A stretch of DNA of 64,000 nucleotides from Candidatus Thalassarchaeum betae (GCF_022448665.1 NZ_JAKUUO010000004.1); one strand, 5' to 3'; positions 8,378-18,507 are shown, counted from the first letter of the stretch. Notes: generated by a model not told the origin, from the letters alone. Made by a program: numbers and translations.

Positions 8378-10897
8378 ATGGCCGTACCCCGTCCAGGGGT
8401 CCAAGAGCGGATTCTCCTGCACCTGCGCGATTACATCGATCATGCAGACAAGGTAGAGGTCCCATTCGCTTTGTCCCAGATGGGAATCGCCAACGCTGTG
8501 GCCATAGCCCGCTCCAATGTTCCTCGTGCAATAGCTGGGATGAGGGAGCAGGGGCACCTCATAGAGAGACAGGCTCACGTCACCGGGGTGTCGCGCAAGA
8601 GGAAGGCGTACTTCCTGACCGAGGATGGCGCCAACATTGCCAACGACATCTGGTCCAAGGTCAGTACCCAATCCGTCCGTCTGGTACATCCCGATGGCCG
8701 CTCCGAGACGTTAGAGCTCGCACAGGCTCTCGAGGCGACTGACCTGCCCCTGCGACACGTCGATTTCCTCAGGTACATCGACGACACTGGGACTGTCGAC
8801 CTCTCGACTCTCTCTGCTGAACTGATTGAGAGGGATCTGTCCAAGCACATCGAGAAGCAACTCGTCACCTCGCTGAACGACCTGCCGAAGACCCGCCGCT
8901 TTTTCGGCAGGGAGAACGAGTTGCAAAACATGGTCGCTCTTCTTGAGGACCAGTCGAGCTCCATACTGATACCGGGAATCGCCGGAATCGGGAAGACGGC
9001 TCTGGCCGGCAAGCTGGTTGAGCGCTTCACTCACAGGCGAAACCTGCTGTATCACCGATGCCAGGACTGGGAGGGCTCGAGGGCTTTCCTCGAAGCCATC
9101 TCGGAGTGGCTCTCCGCCATAGGTCACAATGACCTATCGGACTACCTTGCTGCCACTCCGGTGCCTCAGGCGTCGATGGCGGTAAATCTGATTTTCGAAG
9201 GCCTGCAGGACTCTCCTTCGCTGATTGTCATCGACGACCTGCACAAGGTCGGTGACGAGACTCTGATTTCTGCTCTGAGATCCCTCACACTAAAGGTACC
9301 AGAGCTCGATGACGTGGGTCTAGTGATGTTCTCACGCTCATTCAGGATGGTCGTCCCCGAATCGGACTCGTCAGGCCGAATAGTGACGCTAGTCATGCCT
9401 CTGGAGGGTCTAGACCAGGAGTCCAGCAGACAGATTCTGACTGCCATGCCCAATCTAGAGATGGCTCAGTTCCTACACATCTACACTCTGTCCAGAGGAC
9501 ACCCCCTGGTACTGGAACTCATCAATCGAGGAAACGTAGGAGAGACCTTCCACGCGACGCTAGAGGCTTTCGTCGAGCAGGAGATCTTCAGTAGGCTCTC
9601 TGGCTCCGAGAAGAGACTGCTCGGAGCCATCGCTGTGTTCCGCGAACCGATGCCACTGGAGGCTATCATCGGGATCGAGGCTGAGACGGACCTTCTCGAC
9701 AGCCTCGTTGAGAAGGGCCTTGCACGTCAGGCTGACAGTGAGAACTATGACGTCCACGACCTAGTCAGGGAGTTCCTAACCAGATCCATGGACGAGTCGT
9801 TGCGCCAAGAGCTCCATGCCAACGCAACAGTCTGGTACCGATCCAGACACGGCATTGCTGCAGAGAGGATAGAATACATCCATCACCTCAACGAATCCGG
9901 AGACACAGACAGTCTCGCTGAGGTACTCACCGCCGAAGGCCACGGTCTCGTCAGCGCAGGGCACACCGAGCTGCTGGGAATTCTGAGGCCGCTCGAGCGC
10001 GAGGGATTCGGACCCAGAAGCTGGTGCGTAATCAGGGAACTGCGAGGGGATATCCTGTCCATACAGGGACAATGGGACGAGGCCGAGGCCGAGTACAACG
10101 CGGCTGTACCGCTCGCCAGCAAGCACAAGATGAACAGGGTACTCGCCCGCTTGCTGTCAGCTAGGGCCGACATTGCCGTCAAGCGCGGGGCGATGGACGA
10201 TGCCCTTGAGATGCACCGCAAGGCGTTGGAGATCCAGATTGCCTTGAGAGACGCCGTGGGCGCTGCCCGCTCCTACAACAACATGGGCTACATCTACCGA
10301 CGCAGGAAGGACAACCGACATGCGCTCGAGGTGTATGGCAACGTCGAGGACCTACTTGAGGCTGAGGACAACCTCGAGTTGTGCGATGCGCGCATCCGCC
10401 TCGCATCCGCATTCTTGGAGATGGGAGAGCTCGATCGAGCCAGAGACCATGCGATGCTCGCTTTTGAGGAAACTGAGGACAATGGCATGGATATCTACCA
10501 CGCACGCGCCCGAGCGGTCTTGGGGAGTTACTATGCCCGATCGAAGGAGAACGAACTTGCGATGCAGTACTACTCTGGAGCGCTTGAGATACTTTCGGAG
10601 CAAGCAGATCCGAACAGTGCCGTCGAACTTGAGATGCTGCTGGGGCAGGTACTGAGCGACGCCGGTCGCAAGGATGAGGCTGCAGAACACTACCTAGACG
10701 GCCTCGCCCTGGCCGAGGCCAACGACTTCAGGATGCTCCAAGGGGAACTTCTCGCACGCTTAGGGGAGGTCGAGAGTGACCGCTCACAGAAGATGGAGTA
10801 CCTACAGCGCTCGCTATCCGTGTTCAGAGAACTCGGCGCGGTCGACAGGATGCGAGAGGTCCAGACCTCAGTCCACATAGCGGTCATGGGGCACTAG
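8378..10897 (+). CDS. Signal-transduction ATPase. N-terminal winged-helix HTH, then Arch_ATPase/STAND-type P-loop NTPase, then C-terminal TPR repeats.
   Basis: ATG at 8378 is in frame with ORF 8042..10897. The upstream part of that ORF overlaps the preceding gene, so it is rejected. HTH-like segment ERILLHLRDYIDH..FALSQMGIANAVAIARSNVPRAIAGMREQGHLIE. FFGRENELQNMVALLED followed by Walker A ILIPGIAGIGKTALAGKLV, and Walker B SLIVIDDLHKV. C-terminal TPR-like repeats (ARSYNNMGYIYRRRKDNRHALEVY.., HARARAVLGSYYARSKENELAMQYY). Confidence 0.7.
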   Translation: MAVPRPGVQERILLHLRDYIDHADKVEVPFALSQMGIANAVAIARSNVPRAIAGMREQGHLIERQAHVTGVSRKRKAYFLTEDGANIANDIWSKVSTQSVRLVHPDGRSETLELAQALEATDLPLRHVDFLRYIDDTGTVDLSTLSAELIERDLSKHIEKQLVTSLNDLPKTRRFFGRENELQNMVALLEDQSSSILIPGIAGIGKTALAGKLVERFTHRRNLLYHRCQDWEGSRAFLEAISEWLSAIGHNDLSDYLAATPVPQASMAVNLIFEGLQDSPSLIVIDDLHKVGDETLISALRSLTLKVPELDDVGLVMFSRSFRMVVPESDSSGRIVTLVMPLEGLDQESSRQILTAMPNLEMAQFLHIYTLSRGHPLVLELINRGNVGETFHATLEAFVEQEIFSRLSGSEKRLLGAIAVFREPMPLEAIIGIEAETDLLDSLVEKGLARQADSENYDVHDLVREFLTRSMDESLRQELHANATVWYRSRHGIAAERIEYIHHLNESGDTDSLAEVLTAEGHGLVSAGHTELLGILRPLEREGFGPRSWCVIRELRGDILSIQGQWDEAEAEYNAAVPLASKHKMNRVLARLLSARADIAVKRGAMDDALEMHRKALEIQIALRDAVGAARSYNNMGYIYRRRKDNRHALEVYGNVEDLLEAEDNLELCDARIRLASAFLEMGELDRARDHAMLAFEETEDNGMDIYHARARAVLGSYYARSKENELAMQYYSGALEILSEQADPNSAVELEMLLGQVLSDAGRKDEAAEHYLDGLALAEANDFRMLQGELLARLGEVESDRSQKMEYLQRSLSVFRELGAVDRMREVQTSVHIAVMGH

Positions 10898-11703
10898 GCT
10901 GCCTTACCCACTCCCTCAGGCTCCACTTGGCCCAGCCAGTGGCTGAATTCGGGGCCGTCCTGTTTCGAGATTGAAAGGTCACCTGAGAAACGCTCGTCGA
11001 TGTGCAGAAGCACCTCGCTCTCAGCCAGATGTGGGGCGTTGTTCTTCTCAGACAGGTGACAGAGCACGATGCTGTCCATTCCCGGGTGTAGGATCTCGGT
11101 CAGCATCTCAGCAGTCTGTGAGTTCGACAGGTGACCCCCTCTGCCGGAGATTCTCCTCTTGAGCGAGTCTGGGTAAGGCCCGTTCATCAGACGCTGGAGG
11201 TCGTGGTTCGCCTCGACGGAGACGTGGCTGCATCCGCTGAGATGCTTCTTCAACTCAACTGTTGGCTCGCCGAGATCGGTCACGATTCCGGCTCTGCGCC
11301 CGTCTCCGTTGGTGGCGATAACAGCAACGTTGGCAGCACCCTCGTGCGGGACCGGTATCGGAAGCAGACTGAGCTCGTCGGAGACGCTAATCCTGTCCAA
11401 GTCCCCGAAGGTCCTGCACTCGGAGACAGGCTCCCACCCCATCTTCGTCGCCGTCTGGAGATTGGCGTGCAGAGCCGAGTCCCACTTCTTCGCGGCCTGC
11501 AACGCGGAGCGCGAGTGGTCGGAGTGGTGATGAGTGACGAAAATGGCGTCTATCAAAGCCGGCTTGACTCCCGCTAGTCCCAATCTGACCTCCATCTGGC
11601 GCAGCGAGAATCCGCAATCCACCAGAACCAGGGTGCCACCCGATCTCAGTAGCGTGGAGTTGCCTCTGCTGCCCGAGCCTAGATGGGTAATCTCCATTCC
11701 CAC
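10894..11703 (-). CDS. Metallo-beta-lactamase-fold hydrolase
   Basis: N-terminus MGMEITHLGSGSRGNSTLL..LVLVDCGFS. Metal-binding motif FVTHHHSDHS (HxHxDH). Converges on the STAND gene with a 4-nt tail-to-tail overlap. Confidence 0.75.
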   Translation of the reverse strand: MGMEITHLGSGSRGNSTLLRSGGTLVLVDCGFSLRQMEVRLGLAGVKPALIDAIFVTHHHSDHSRSALQAAKKWDSALHANLQTATKMGWEPVSECRTFGDLDRISVSDELSLLPIPVPHEGAANVAVIATNGDGRRAGIVTDLGEPTVELKKHLSGCSHVSVEANHDLQRLMNGPYPDSLKRRISGRGGHLSNSQTAEMLTEILHPGMDSIVLCHLSEKNNAPHLAESEVLLHIDERFSGDLSISKQDGPEFSHWLGQVEPEGVGKAA

Positions 11704-11890
11704 GACAATCGAGACTATCCGGCCATCTGCCCCCCTTGAATGAATCCGTTAAGCAGATTCTGCTACCGCGATTTGGGTCTCTCGACGGCTACGCCGTCGC
11801 GCGTGAAGGGCCTCGACGTGTCCGAACGGCGCTCCATCATCATCATAAGTCAGCCAAGGGCGCTCAAATCCGTCTAGACGAGGTCATATC

Positions 11891-14800
11891 ATGCGTCGCA
11901 AGCAGACAGCGCTACTCATGACGATACTGCTCCTGGGCAGTTTGGCTTTCGTCTCGCAGACTCGCCCTCAGTCATCCGTCTCCTCGACCGATCCGATTAC
12001 AGCAGACAGAGGGGGCCCTCCCGTGACCGATGAGGACGGCGACAGGATACCCGATCTGCACGAGTCGATATTCGGAGATGTCAGGTTGATTGATACCAGC
12101 ACAGGTGTGGTCAGCGTCAGGGGATTGGATCCAACTAATGGGACAGACAACATGTCCGATTACGACAGCGACGGCGCCAGTGCCCTCCTCGAGTTTTGCT
12201 GGCCATACACGCTGGATCGGTGTTTCGACAGACTCTCGCTTACCGGTAAGCCGCCCCAATTCACTGATTCCGGCCTTCGGGAGTATCTCGACCCCCGGAA
12301 TGCCGACACCGACGGCGACGGACTGCCCGACGGTTATGAGATTTACATGTGCACTGAAGGGGGTTTGGGCTATCAGAACGCATCCAATGCATGGCAGTGC
12401 TTGTGGTTCGATCCTCTCGACGCCTCTGACTCGACAGAGGACATCGACCGCTGTGAGGACTTCAGTTTCGGTTGCGGTGACGGCTTCGATGTCAACCGTG
12501 ACGGTTTCATCGACATAGGTGAGCGTTACACGAATTCGGAGGAGTACCTCTACGGCATTCCGGAAGACTGGCTGACCGAGAGGGACGGACTGTGGTGTGC
12601 AGGGGAGATTGCGGGACTCAGCCCCGATTCATGTCAGGGTGATATCGAGAGAGCTACCGGGGACAACGGCTGGCTCGGAAGCGACCCTACTGAGCCGGAC
12701 TCGGACTACTACACTTGGTCGGAGGTGATTGCTATCGGACTCGCCGTTCCCGGAGATGGGATACCTGACGGCTGGGAGGTTCACTACGGCTTGGACCCAC
12801 GGAACTCCAGTGATGCCATAGAGGACACCGACATGGATGGATGGGACCTCGACAGAGACGGCTTCCTGATTCCTGACATCTCCACCTCGACCGCCCACTG
12901 GGGCGAGGCATTCAGCAACTACGAGGAGTACATGGTACACTTCGACGACGGTGCTTGGGTCACTCCCGGACTAAGGGGCGCCCCTTCCTCGCAATCCGAT
13001 GGAGAGGTGATTTCATTCGACCAGAGCACGAGCCCCGGGCTCGTAGATGGAGCAGTCCATACCGTACTGTCCGACTCTGCGAGAGACAGGCTGCTAATCG
13101 GCTCAAGATACGGAATCACCGTCATCGACCCATTCGAGGGCACATCATCGCTGTACCAGCTGCCATCGGGAATGGAGATGCACACCATGATGCGGTGGTC
13201 TCCGAGTGACTCCGACTTCCTGCTTGTCGGCTCCAATCTAGGGTTGCACTGCATCACTCTCGACAACGGACTTCCTGTGATGGAATCAATGTCCGAGTCG
13301 GACATAGGGCCCATTGAGGACATCTACGCCCTGCAGACGGGCAGCGGCGACCTCGATCTGATTTTGTTCGGCAAGGGCTTTGCCACTTGGACAGTCACGG
13401 TGAGGGACCAGGGAGAGGACCAGGACGCTATGGTGGGCGAGCCCGAGTACAACGATGAGATGGCCGACACGCTGTCAGCCGCCGACGCCGAGATCAACAC
13501 GGCCTTGCATGTTCAGATGGATGGCCGAGGCCCACTGCTACTGGTCGGGACCGATGCCGGACTCGTCGCTTGGAATACCACCGACGGCTCGGCCTCCGCC
13601 GGCGACCCATGGTGGGTCTTCGACCGTGAGAACGCAGAGGACTTCGTTCAGCGTGCCGACCTGCTGAACGTCTCTAAGTCCGCCGTAGTCAACGCGCTAG
13701 TCCTCGCTGGCCCCTTGGATGCTGCAGGGGGCGTAGAGGAGGTTACCGGCATCTGGGTCGGCACCGCTGGTGGACTGCACCTGCTAGACCTCGATCTCCT
13801 GATTCAGATGCCATACTCGGCATTCGACTCCGACAGGATGTACAATATCGAGAGGTGGGCAGAAGGGGCCAATGATATCCGCTCAGTACTGCCGATGAAC
13901 GACATGGTAGTCATCGGTTCCAGAGACGGGTCATGGTGCCTCGAGGGCGGCCATTCGGGTGTCCTCGGTTTGTATCTCAACCAGACTAAGATACCCGGGC
14001 TGATAACATCCCTGACCACTCTGGAGCACGGCGGGAACCTGTGGATATTCGCAGGCGTCTCGCCGGGCCGTTACATGAATATCATGCCAATCGACCCGAC
14101 ATCCTTTGATTCGGACCTCGACGGAATGCCCGACGGCTGGGAGTTCGTCTATGGACTCGATCCAACCGACCCCCACGACCGCTACCGCGACGCCGACGCC
14201 GACGGAGTCCACTTCACCTCCGCTGACGGCTTCGAGTTCGACAGGGACTGGACCAACTTGGATGAGTATAGATACGTATCTACCACTGATAACGGCTTCA
14301 ACGGAACCGACCCGAGAGACATAGACTCGGACGGCGATGGACTCACCGATGGCGAGGAGTACTGGGGCTGGTTCGCCGACTCTACCGAATTCGACTGTCA
14401 CTACCTCAATGACGAGTATATCTGTGACGAAGACACCGGCGCACTGGCAGAACAGGTCCACCTGGAAGGGTGGCTGGGCTCAGGCGCGGGCGGAGGAACC
14501 GATGGCCCCACTGACCCGACCAACCCAGATACCGACGGTGACGGGATGCCTGATGGCTGGGAGATGGAGCATCGCAGGTGGGTAGGCGATGCTTACAACG
14601 GCGGCAACCTCTGGACCCTGGACCCGAGGGATCCTACGGACAGGGACGAGGATGCCGACGGCGACGGGCTCAGCAATCTGTGCGAGTACATGTGGGGGAA
14701 CCTGCTCGAAACGGTACTGCGCGAGGGTCTGCCGACGCATGGGGAGACGGCCGAGGCTGCAATCAATTGGACCAAGACTGATCCCAACGAAATCGATTCT

Positions 14801-17611
14801 GACGGCGACTCCCTGCCCGACGGCTGGGAGGCCCGTTACACCTGCACGTGGAACAAGGACAACTCGGGAATCAACCCGTTGAACGGCTCTGACTACCTCA
14901 ACAACCCCGACGGCGACGGATTCGACGTCAACCACGATGGAGTACTCGACCTAGAGGAGAGTCTGGTCAACTGGCTTGAGTACCACCTAAAGTCCGAGAT
15001 TCTGTATGGCGACCAGACCGCCTCGGGCATGGCGTTCCCAGAGAACTTCACCACTCTGCTGTGGAATGAGACCTGGCTCAACTTCGCAGACGATTCGTTT
15101 GGCCACTTCACCAGCCCTGCTTACCGCAGCCTGGTTAACGGAACCACTCCGCGAGATGTCGGTTCCGCCAATCCATTGAGCGCTGACTCCGATCGCGACG
15201 GTATGCCGGACGGATGGGAGTTTTTCTACGCAAGATGGAGCCTGTTCGACGAGCAGTGGACGCTCAACCCCGTTGACGAGAGGGATCGACTCGGAGACCC
15301 CGACGGCGACGGGATGAACAACTGGGAGGAGTACAACGTCATCGATGGGAACCTCAGCGAGACCGACGAGCTGATTACCGTACCGCAGTTCTACCTCCTC
15401 AGAGTCGGCGGCGAAATACTCGCTTCGCCATGGCTCTCTGCCGAATCCGCTTCCTCATTCGGCATGTTCCTGTCTGACGAGCAAGTCAACAAGAGCGGGA
15501 GGACCGCCGATCCAAACAACCCCGACACCGATGGCGATGGTCTGCTCGACGGCATCGAACTGATATTCACACGTTGGAACTCGACGGACGAGGTCTGGAC
15601 ACTCAACCCCCTTGTCGCGGGTGATGGGAACTACGACTCGGACCGCGACGGCATCACCGACCTCGTCGAACTCAATCTGACTCATAACAACCCGGCCAAC
15701 GGCGGGCTATCACCGCCCGACGCGCCGCGTATGTGGGAGGAGGCTGAGCAGCTTGATCCCGATGAGGCCGTGAACAGAGTCTACAGAATCCTGTTCAACA
15801 AGGAGGGCAGGGCTGAACTCGCCATTGCGCAGTTCCAGGAGTGGCAGCAAGGCATGCCCGCCAAACCGGTTATCTCAGCGCTGCTAGGGGCCGCGGATCC
15901 GAATGCTGAGGACACCGACAGGGACGGTATGAGCGACGGCTACGAATACTGGTTCACAGAGTGGGACCTCGAGGAGAATATCTGGGAGATGAACCTCCTG
16001 ACCGACAGTGACATCCACGCGGACGCGGACGACGACTCTTTCGACTGCAATGGCGACGGCCACATCTCCGATTCCGAGTCCTATGACAACCTCGCCGAGT
16101 ATGACGCTAGAGTCTACGGCAAGCGTTCCGCCATCGACACCATCCCCAACGGCACAGGCCTGGTATCCTACGGCGCCGACGCGGTCACCGCGCAGATTGA
16201 CGAGAACGGGATGTCGTACGAGGCCGCCTTCGGACAGTTGTACGTCATGTTCTCCACCAAGAGCCTGGTCTCAGCAGAGCGCGCCGGCCTGATCAACGAG
16301 ATTGACCCTGACACATTCAACTACAGCTTAGCCGGAGTAAGTGACCCGACAGACGATGACTCGGACAGGGACGGGATGCCTGATGGCTGGGAGTTCTGCT
16401 ATTCCATCTACGGCGAGTTCCTCCCCGTCAACGCGTACCGCTGGTCGATGAACCCAATCAACCCCCTCGACATCGCTTACGATCCCGACGCCGACGGCTG
16501 GTATGACAGGACCTGGGGGGATGCCCCGGCCGAGCAGGGTACTTGGGAGGACAGGCAGTTCACACCTGCGCCGGTGGACCAGCAGATCGGACAGGGCTTC
16601 ATCGGTCTGTACTTCAGCAACCTGATGGAGTATGATAACGGCACGCATCCTCTTGACCCCGACACCGATGACGATTCTATGGTGATGGAACCGATTATGC
16701 AGAATGGCGCCGTCATCGACTATGTCCAGAACACCAATCTGTCGGACGGCCGTGAGGTGTTCAAGTACGGCACCAACCCGCTCGACAACGACACTGACGG
16801 CGACATGATGCCCGACTTCTATGAGTACTACAGGGGATGGAACGAGGCCAATGACAATTGGTCGTCCTATCTCAGAATCTCAGTGGTGTGGCAGCAGATT
16901 ACCGCGACCAACTTGAAGCCGGTCAACATCTCAGGCGCCAACATAGCAAGGCCCGACTTGGACTGGGTTTGGTTCACTCATGATGCGACCGACCCGTCCG
17001 ATGCCGGCCAAGACGCCGACAACGATGGCGGTTGGGACTGCTCCAGCGGCAACTGCGTCTATGTCCCGTACAACAATTTCCAGGAGTACTACGGCCTTGT
17101 CAACGCCTCCCTCGCCTCCCCAACACTGGTCAGGCAGGCAAACCTCTACGATTGCTCGGGCAACATCGTCCAAGAATGGTGGCAACTGCGCGAGTCCCTG
17201 CTGGGTACTTGCTCGGGCAGTGCGGCACTCGCGTCCAACTACTTCCGCATGTACAGGGTGAACAACGCCGACATGCTCTATGCCCTGATTGTGAAAGACA
17301 ACGATGATCACTATGAGGACATCGACACCAGTGACGACGAAGTCATGGTGAACGGCGCTTGGGCCGACGAGTACCACAGATTCGCCGGCGATCAGTACCA
17401 TTTGCCGAACACTGGCTTGGGTGAGTACGTCTACGGATGGTGGATAATCGACATCGACGGCGATCAGATTGCCGATGGCACCGATCCGACCAACTGGGAT
17501 ACCGACGGCGACTGGCTGAACGACTTCTTTGAGATCGAGGATGACATGCTCGATGGCGTCCGTGGTAACAGCGGCTCTCCCATCAGGTATGACGACCGGA
17601 CAACGTCGTGA
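11891..17611 (+). CDS. Giant (1906 aa) secreted calcium-binding protein with about 18 thrombospondin type-3-like repeats (DxDxDGxxDxxE). Sec-type signal peptide, no C-terminal TM.
   Basis: Signal peptide MRRKQTALLMTILLLGSLAFVSQT. Repeats read directly: DPRNADTDGDGLPDGYE, DPTNPDTDGDGMPDGWE, DPNNPDTDGDGLLDGIE, DDDSDRDGMPDGWE, NDTDGDMMPDFYE, WDTDGDWLNDFFE and others. The C-terminus IRYDDRTTS is not hydrophobic. Confidence 0.75.
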   Translation: MRRKQTALLMTILLLGSLAFVSQTRPQSSVSSTDPITADRGGPPVTDEDGDRIPDLHESIFGDVRLIDTSTGVVSVRGLDPTNGTDNMSDYDSDGASALLEFCWPYTLDRCFDRLSLTGKPPQFTDSGLREYLDPRNADTDGDGLPDGYEIYMCTEGGLGYQNASNAWQCLWFDPLDASDSTEDIDRCEDFSFGCGDGFDVNRDGFIDIGERYTNSEEYLYGIPEDWLTERDGLWCAGEIAGLSPDSCQGDIERATGDNGWLGSDPTEPDSDYYTWSEVIAIGLAVPGDGIPDGWEVHYGLDPRNSSDAIEDTDMDGWDLDRDGFLIPDISTSTAHWGEAFSNYEEYMVHFDDGAWVTPGLRGAPSSQSDGEVISFDQSTSPGLVDGAVHTVLSDSARDRLLIGSRYGITVIDPFEGTSSLYQLPSGMEMHTMMRWSPSDSDFLLVGSNLGLHCITLDNGLPVMESMSESDIGPIEDIYALQTGSGDLDLILFGKGFATWTVTVRDQGEDQDAMVGEPEYNDEMADTLSAADAEINTALHVQMDGRGPLLLVGTDAGLVAWNTTDGSASAGDPWWVFDRENAEDFVQRADLLNVSKSAVVNALVLAGPLDAAGGVEEVTGIWVGTAGGLHLLDLDLLIQMPYSAFDSDRMYNIERWAEGANDIRSVLPMNDMVVIGSRDGSWCLEGGHSGVLGLYLNQTKIPGLITSLTTLEHGGNLWIFAGVSPGRYMNIMPIDPTSFDSDLDGMPDGWEFVYGLDPTDPHDRYRDADADGVHFTSADGFEFDRDWTNLDEYRYVSTTDNGFNGTDPRDIDSDGDGLTDGEEYWGWFADSTEFDCHYLNDEYICDEDTGALAEQVHLEGWLGSGAGGGTDGPTDPTNPDTDGDGMPDGWEMEHRRWVGDAYNGGNLWTLDPRDPTDRDEDADGDGLSNLCEYMWGNLLETVLREGLPTHGETAEAAINWTKTDPNEIDSDGDSLPDGWEARYTCTWNKDNSGINPLNGSDYLNNPDGDGFDVNHDGVLDLEESLVNWLEYHLKSEILYGDQTASGMAFPENFTTLLWNETWLNFADDSFGHFTSPAYRSLVNGTTPRDVGSANPLSADSDRDGMPDGWEFFYARWSLFDEQWTLNPVDERDRLGDPDGDGMNNWEEYNVIDGNLSETDELITVPQFYLLRVGGEILASPWLSAESASSFGMFLSDEQVNKSGRTADPNNPDTDGDGLLDGIELIFTRWNSTDEVWTLNPLVAGDGNYDSDRDGITDLVELNLTHNNPANGGLSPPDAPRMWEEAEQLDPDEAVNRVYRILFNKEGRAELAIAQFQEWQQGMPAKPVISALLGAADPNAEDTDRDGMSDGYEYWFTEWDLEENIWEMNLLTDSDIHADADDDSFDCNGDGHISDSESYDNLAEYDARVYGKRSAIDTIPNGTGLVSYGADAVTAQIDENGMSYEAAFGQLYVMFSTKSLVSAERAGLINEIDPDTFNYSLAGVSDPTDDDSDRDGMPDGWEFCYSIYGEFLPVNAYRWSMNPINPLDIAYDPDADGWYDRTWGDAPAEQGTWEDRQFTPAPVDQQIGQGFIGLYFSNLMEYDNGTHPLDPDTDDDSMVMEPIMQNGAVIDYVQNTNLSDGREVFKYGTNPLDNDTDGDMMPDFYEYYRGWNEANDNWSSYLRISVVWQQITATNLKPVNISGANIARPDLDWVWFTHDATDPSDAGQDADNDGGWDCSSGNCVYVPYNNFQEYYGLVNASLASPTLVRQANLYDCSGNIVQEWWQLRESLLGTCSGSAALASNYFRMYRVNNADMLYALIVKDNDDHYEDIDTSDDEVMVNGAWADEYHRFAGDQYHLPNTGLGEYVYGWWIIDIDGDQIADGTDPTNWDTDGDWLNDFFEIEDDMLDGVRGNSGSPIRYDDRTTS

Positions 17612-18120
17612 GCGCAGACTGCATTCATGTGCCACGACTAGCTCCGGCAGCCATGGCAGACGACGCGCTCCCGGCCCCGGACTCACCGGTCGAGGAGCGA
17701 CTGCTATTCCTACAGGAGAACATGGTCAGTTTCACCACCCAGTTCAGCATGCCCATCGTCGAAGTCTCACTGGTTCTCTCGAAGTACATTCGGATACTCC
17801 TCGAATCACTCGAGACAGCAGCCTCCCGGAACGACGAGGAGCTGCCTGCGAGACTCACTGAGACGTGGGAGGTGGACGTCGAAGGCGAGGCCCCGGGGAT
17901 TGACTCGTTCCCCCTCGAGACACTCCTAGGCAGTCTTGATGAGGACAGGATGGATATTCTTGATACCCTAATCAGGACTATTCTGAACGAGACTCGTCTG
18001 CCGTTCGCACCTGCTTTGACGCTACTCAGGGAGTGGGAATCGATGGTTAGGGTGCAACTGACCAACGCCAGCGGTCCCGGGCAACTGTTCAGCCCAATCG
18101 AACTGCCTGAAGGCTTCTGA
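17608..18120 (+). CDS. Small acidic hypothetical protein, translationally coupled to the TSP3-repeat gene (GTG start overlaps its TGA stop)
   Basis: GTGA overlap at 17608..17611. GC3-rich frame. Alternative ATG at about 17653. No recognisable motif. Confidence 0.4.
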   Translation: MSADCIHVPRLAPAAMADDALPAPDSPVEERLLFLQENMVSFTTQFSMPIVEVSLVLSKYIRILLESLETAASRNDEELPARLTETWEVDVEGEAPGIDSFPLETLLGSLDEDRMDILDTLIRTILNETRLPFAPALTLLREWESMVRVQLTNASGPGQLFSPIELPEGF

Positions 18121-18152
18121 ATCTGCGAGAATTAACATCACATTCGTGATTA

Positions 18153-18485
18153 TCAACTGTTTTCTGCTTTAGCGACAATGCCGCTGGAAACCCACCAGGC
18201 GTCCGCAATGGACCAGACGAAGAGGACGGGCCAGAGAACCACTGACAGAATCAGTGGCAGTTGGATGACGAACCAGCCGAATCCTTTGCTGTGTTGCCGG
18301 TTGAAGTGCTGGCCGAGGAACAGGAAAGGGACCAGGGACAGTGCCAGAGCCACAAGAGGCCGCAGAGTCCCCCACGGTCCGATTCCCCCGCTCAACTCGT
18401 TCCAGATGACACCGACGACGCCTAGGGCACTGGCTCCTCCCGGCTCCTCGTCTGGTACGACACTCACCGCGTACTCCTCTGCCAT
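18153..18485 (-). CDS. Small hypothetical membrane protein (2-3 TM helices)
   Basis: Hydrophobic segments LVALALSLVPFLFLG and FVIQLPLILSVVLWPVLFVWSI. It occupies the gap between neighbouring genes. The overlapping + frame 18178..18507 looks non-coding. Confidence 0.35.
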   Translation of the reverse strand: MAEEYAVSVVPDEEPGGASALGVVGVIWNELSGGIGPWGTLRPLVALALSLVPFLFLGQHFNRQHSKGFGWFVIQLPLILSVVLWPVLFVWSIADAWWVSSGIVAKAENS

Positions 18486-18507
18486 CAGTCGGCCACCCTA
18501 TGTCGCG

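Noticed and set aside
11891-17611. DxDxDG motifs as EF-hand or dockerin modules
   Set aside because: Their spacing and the trailing acidic residue (D-x-D-x-D-G-x-x-D-x-x-E) fit thrombospondin type-3 repeats better than paired EF-hands or dockerin duplications.
16931-17686. Long antisense ORFs inside confirmed genes (16931..17686, 30217..30936, 31669..32568, 32007..32705, 37167..37763, 38049..38639, 25067..25543, 4480..5034)
   Set aside because: They are expected in GC-rich DNA. They carry no motifs, have low GC3 or a repetitive Pro/Arg/Ser composition, and are fully embedded opposite genes with strong motif support.
18178-18507. 5' extension of the Pcp-NUDIX ORF
   Set aside because: Pro/Arg/Thr-rich with no motif. 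It overlaps a plausible minus-strand membrane ORF. The C15 domain begins right after the Met at 18508.
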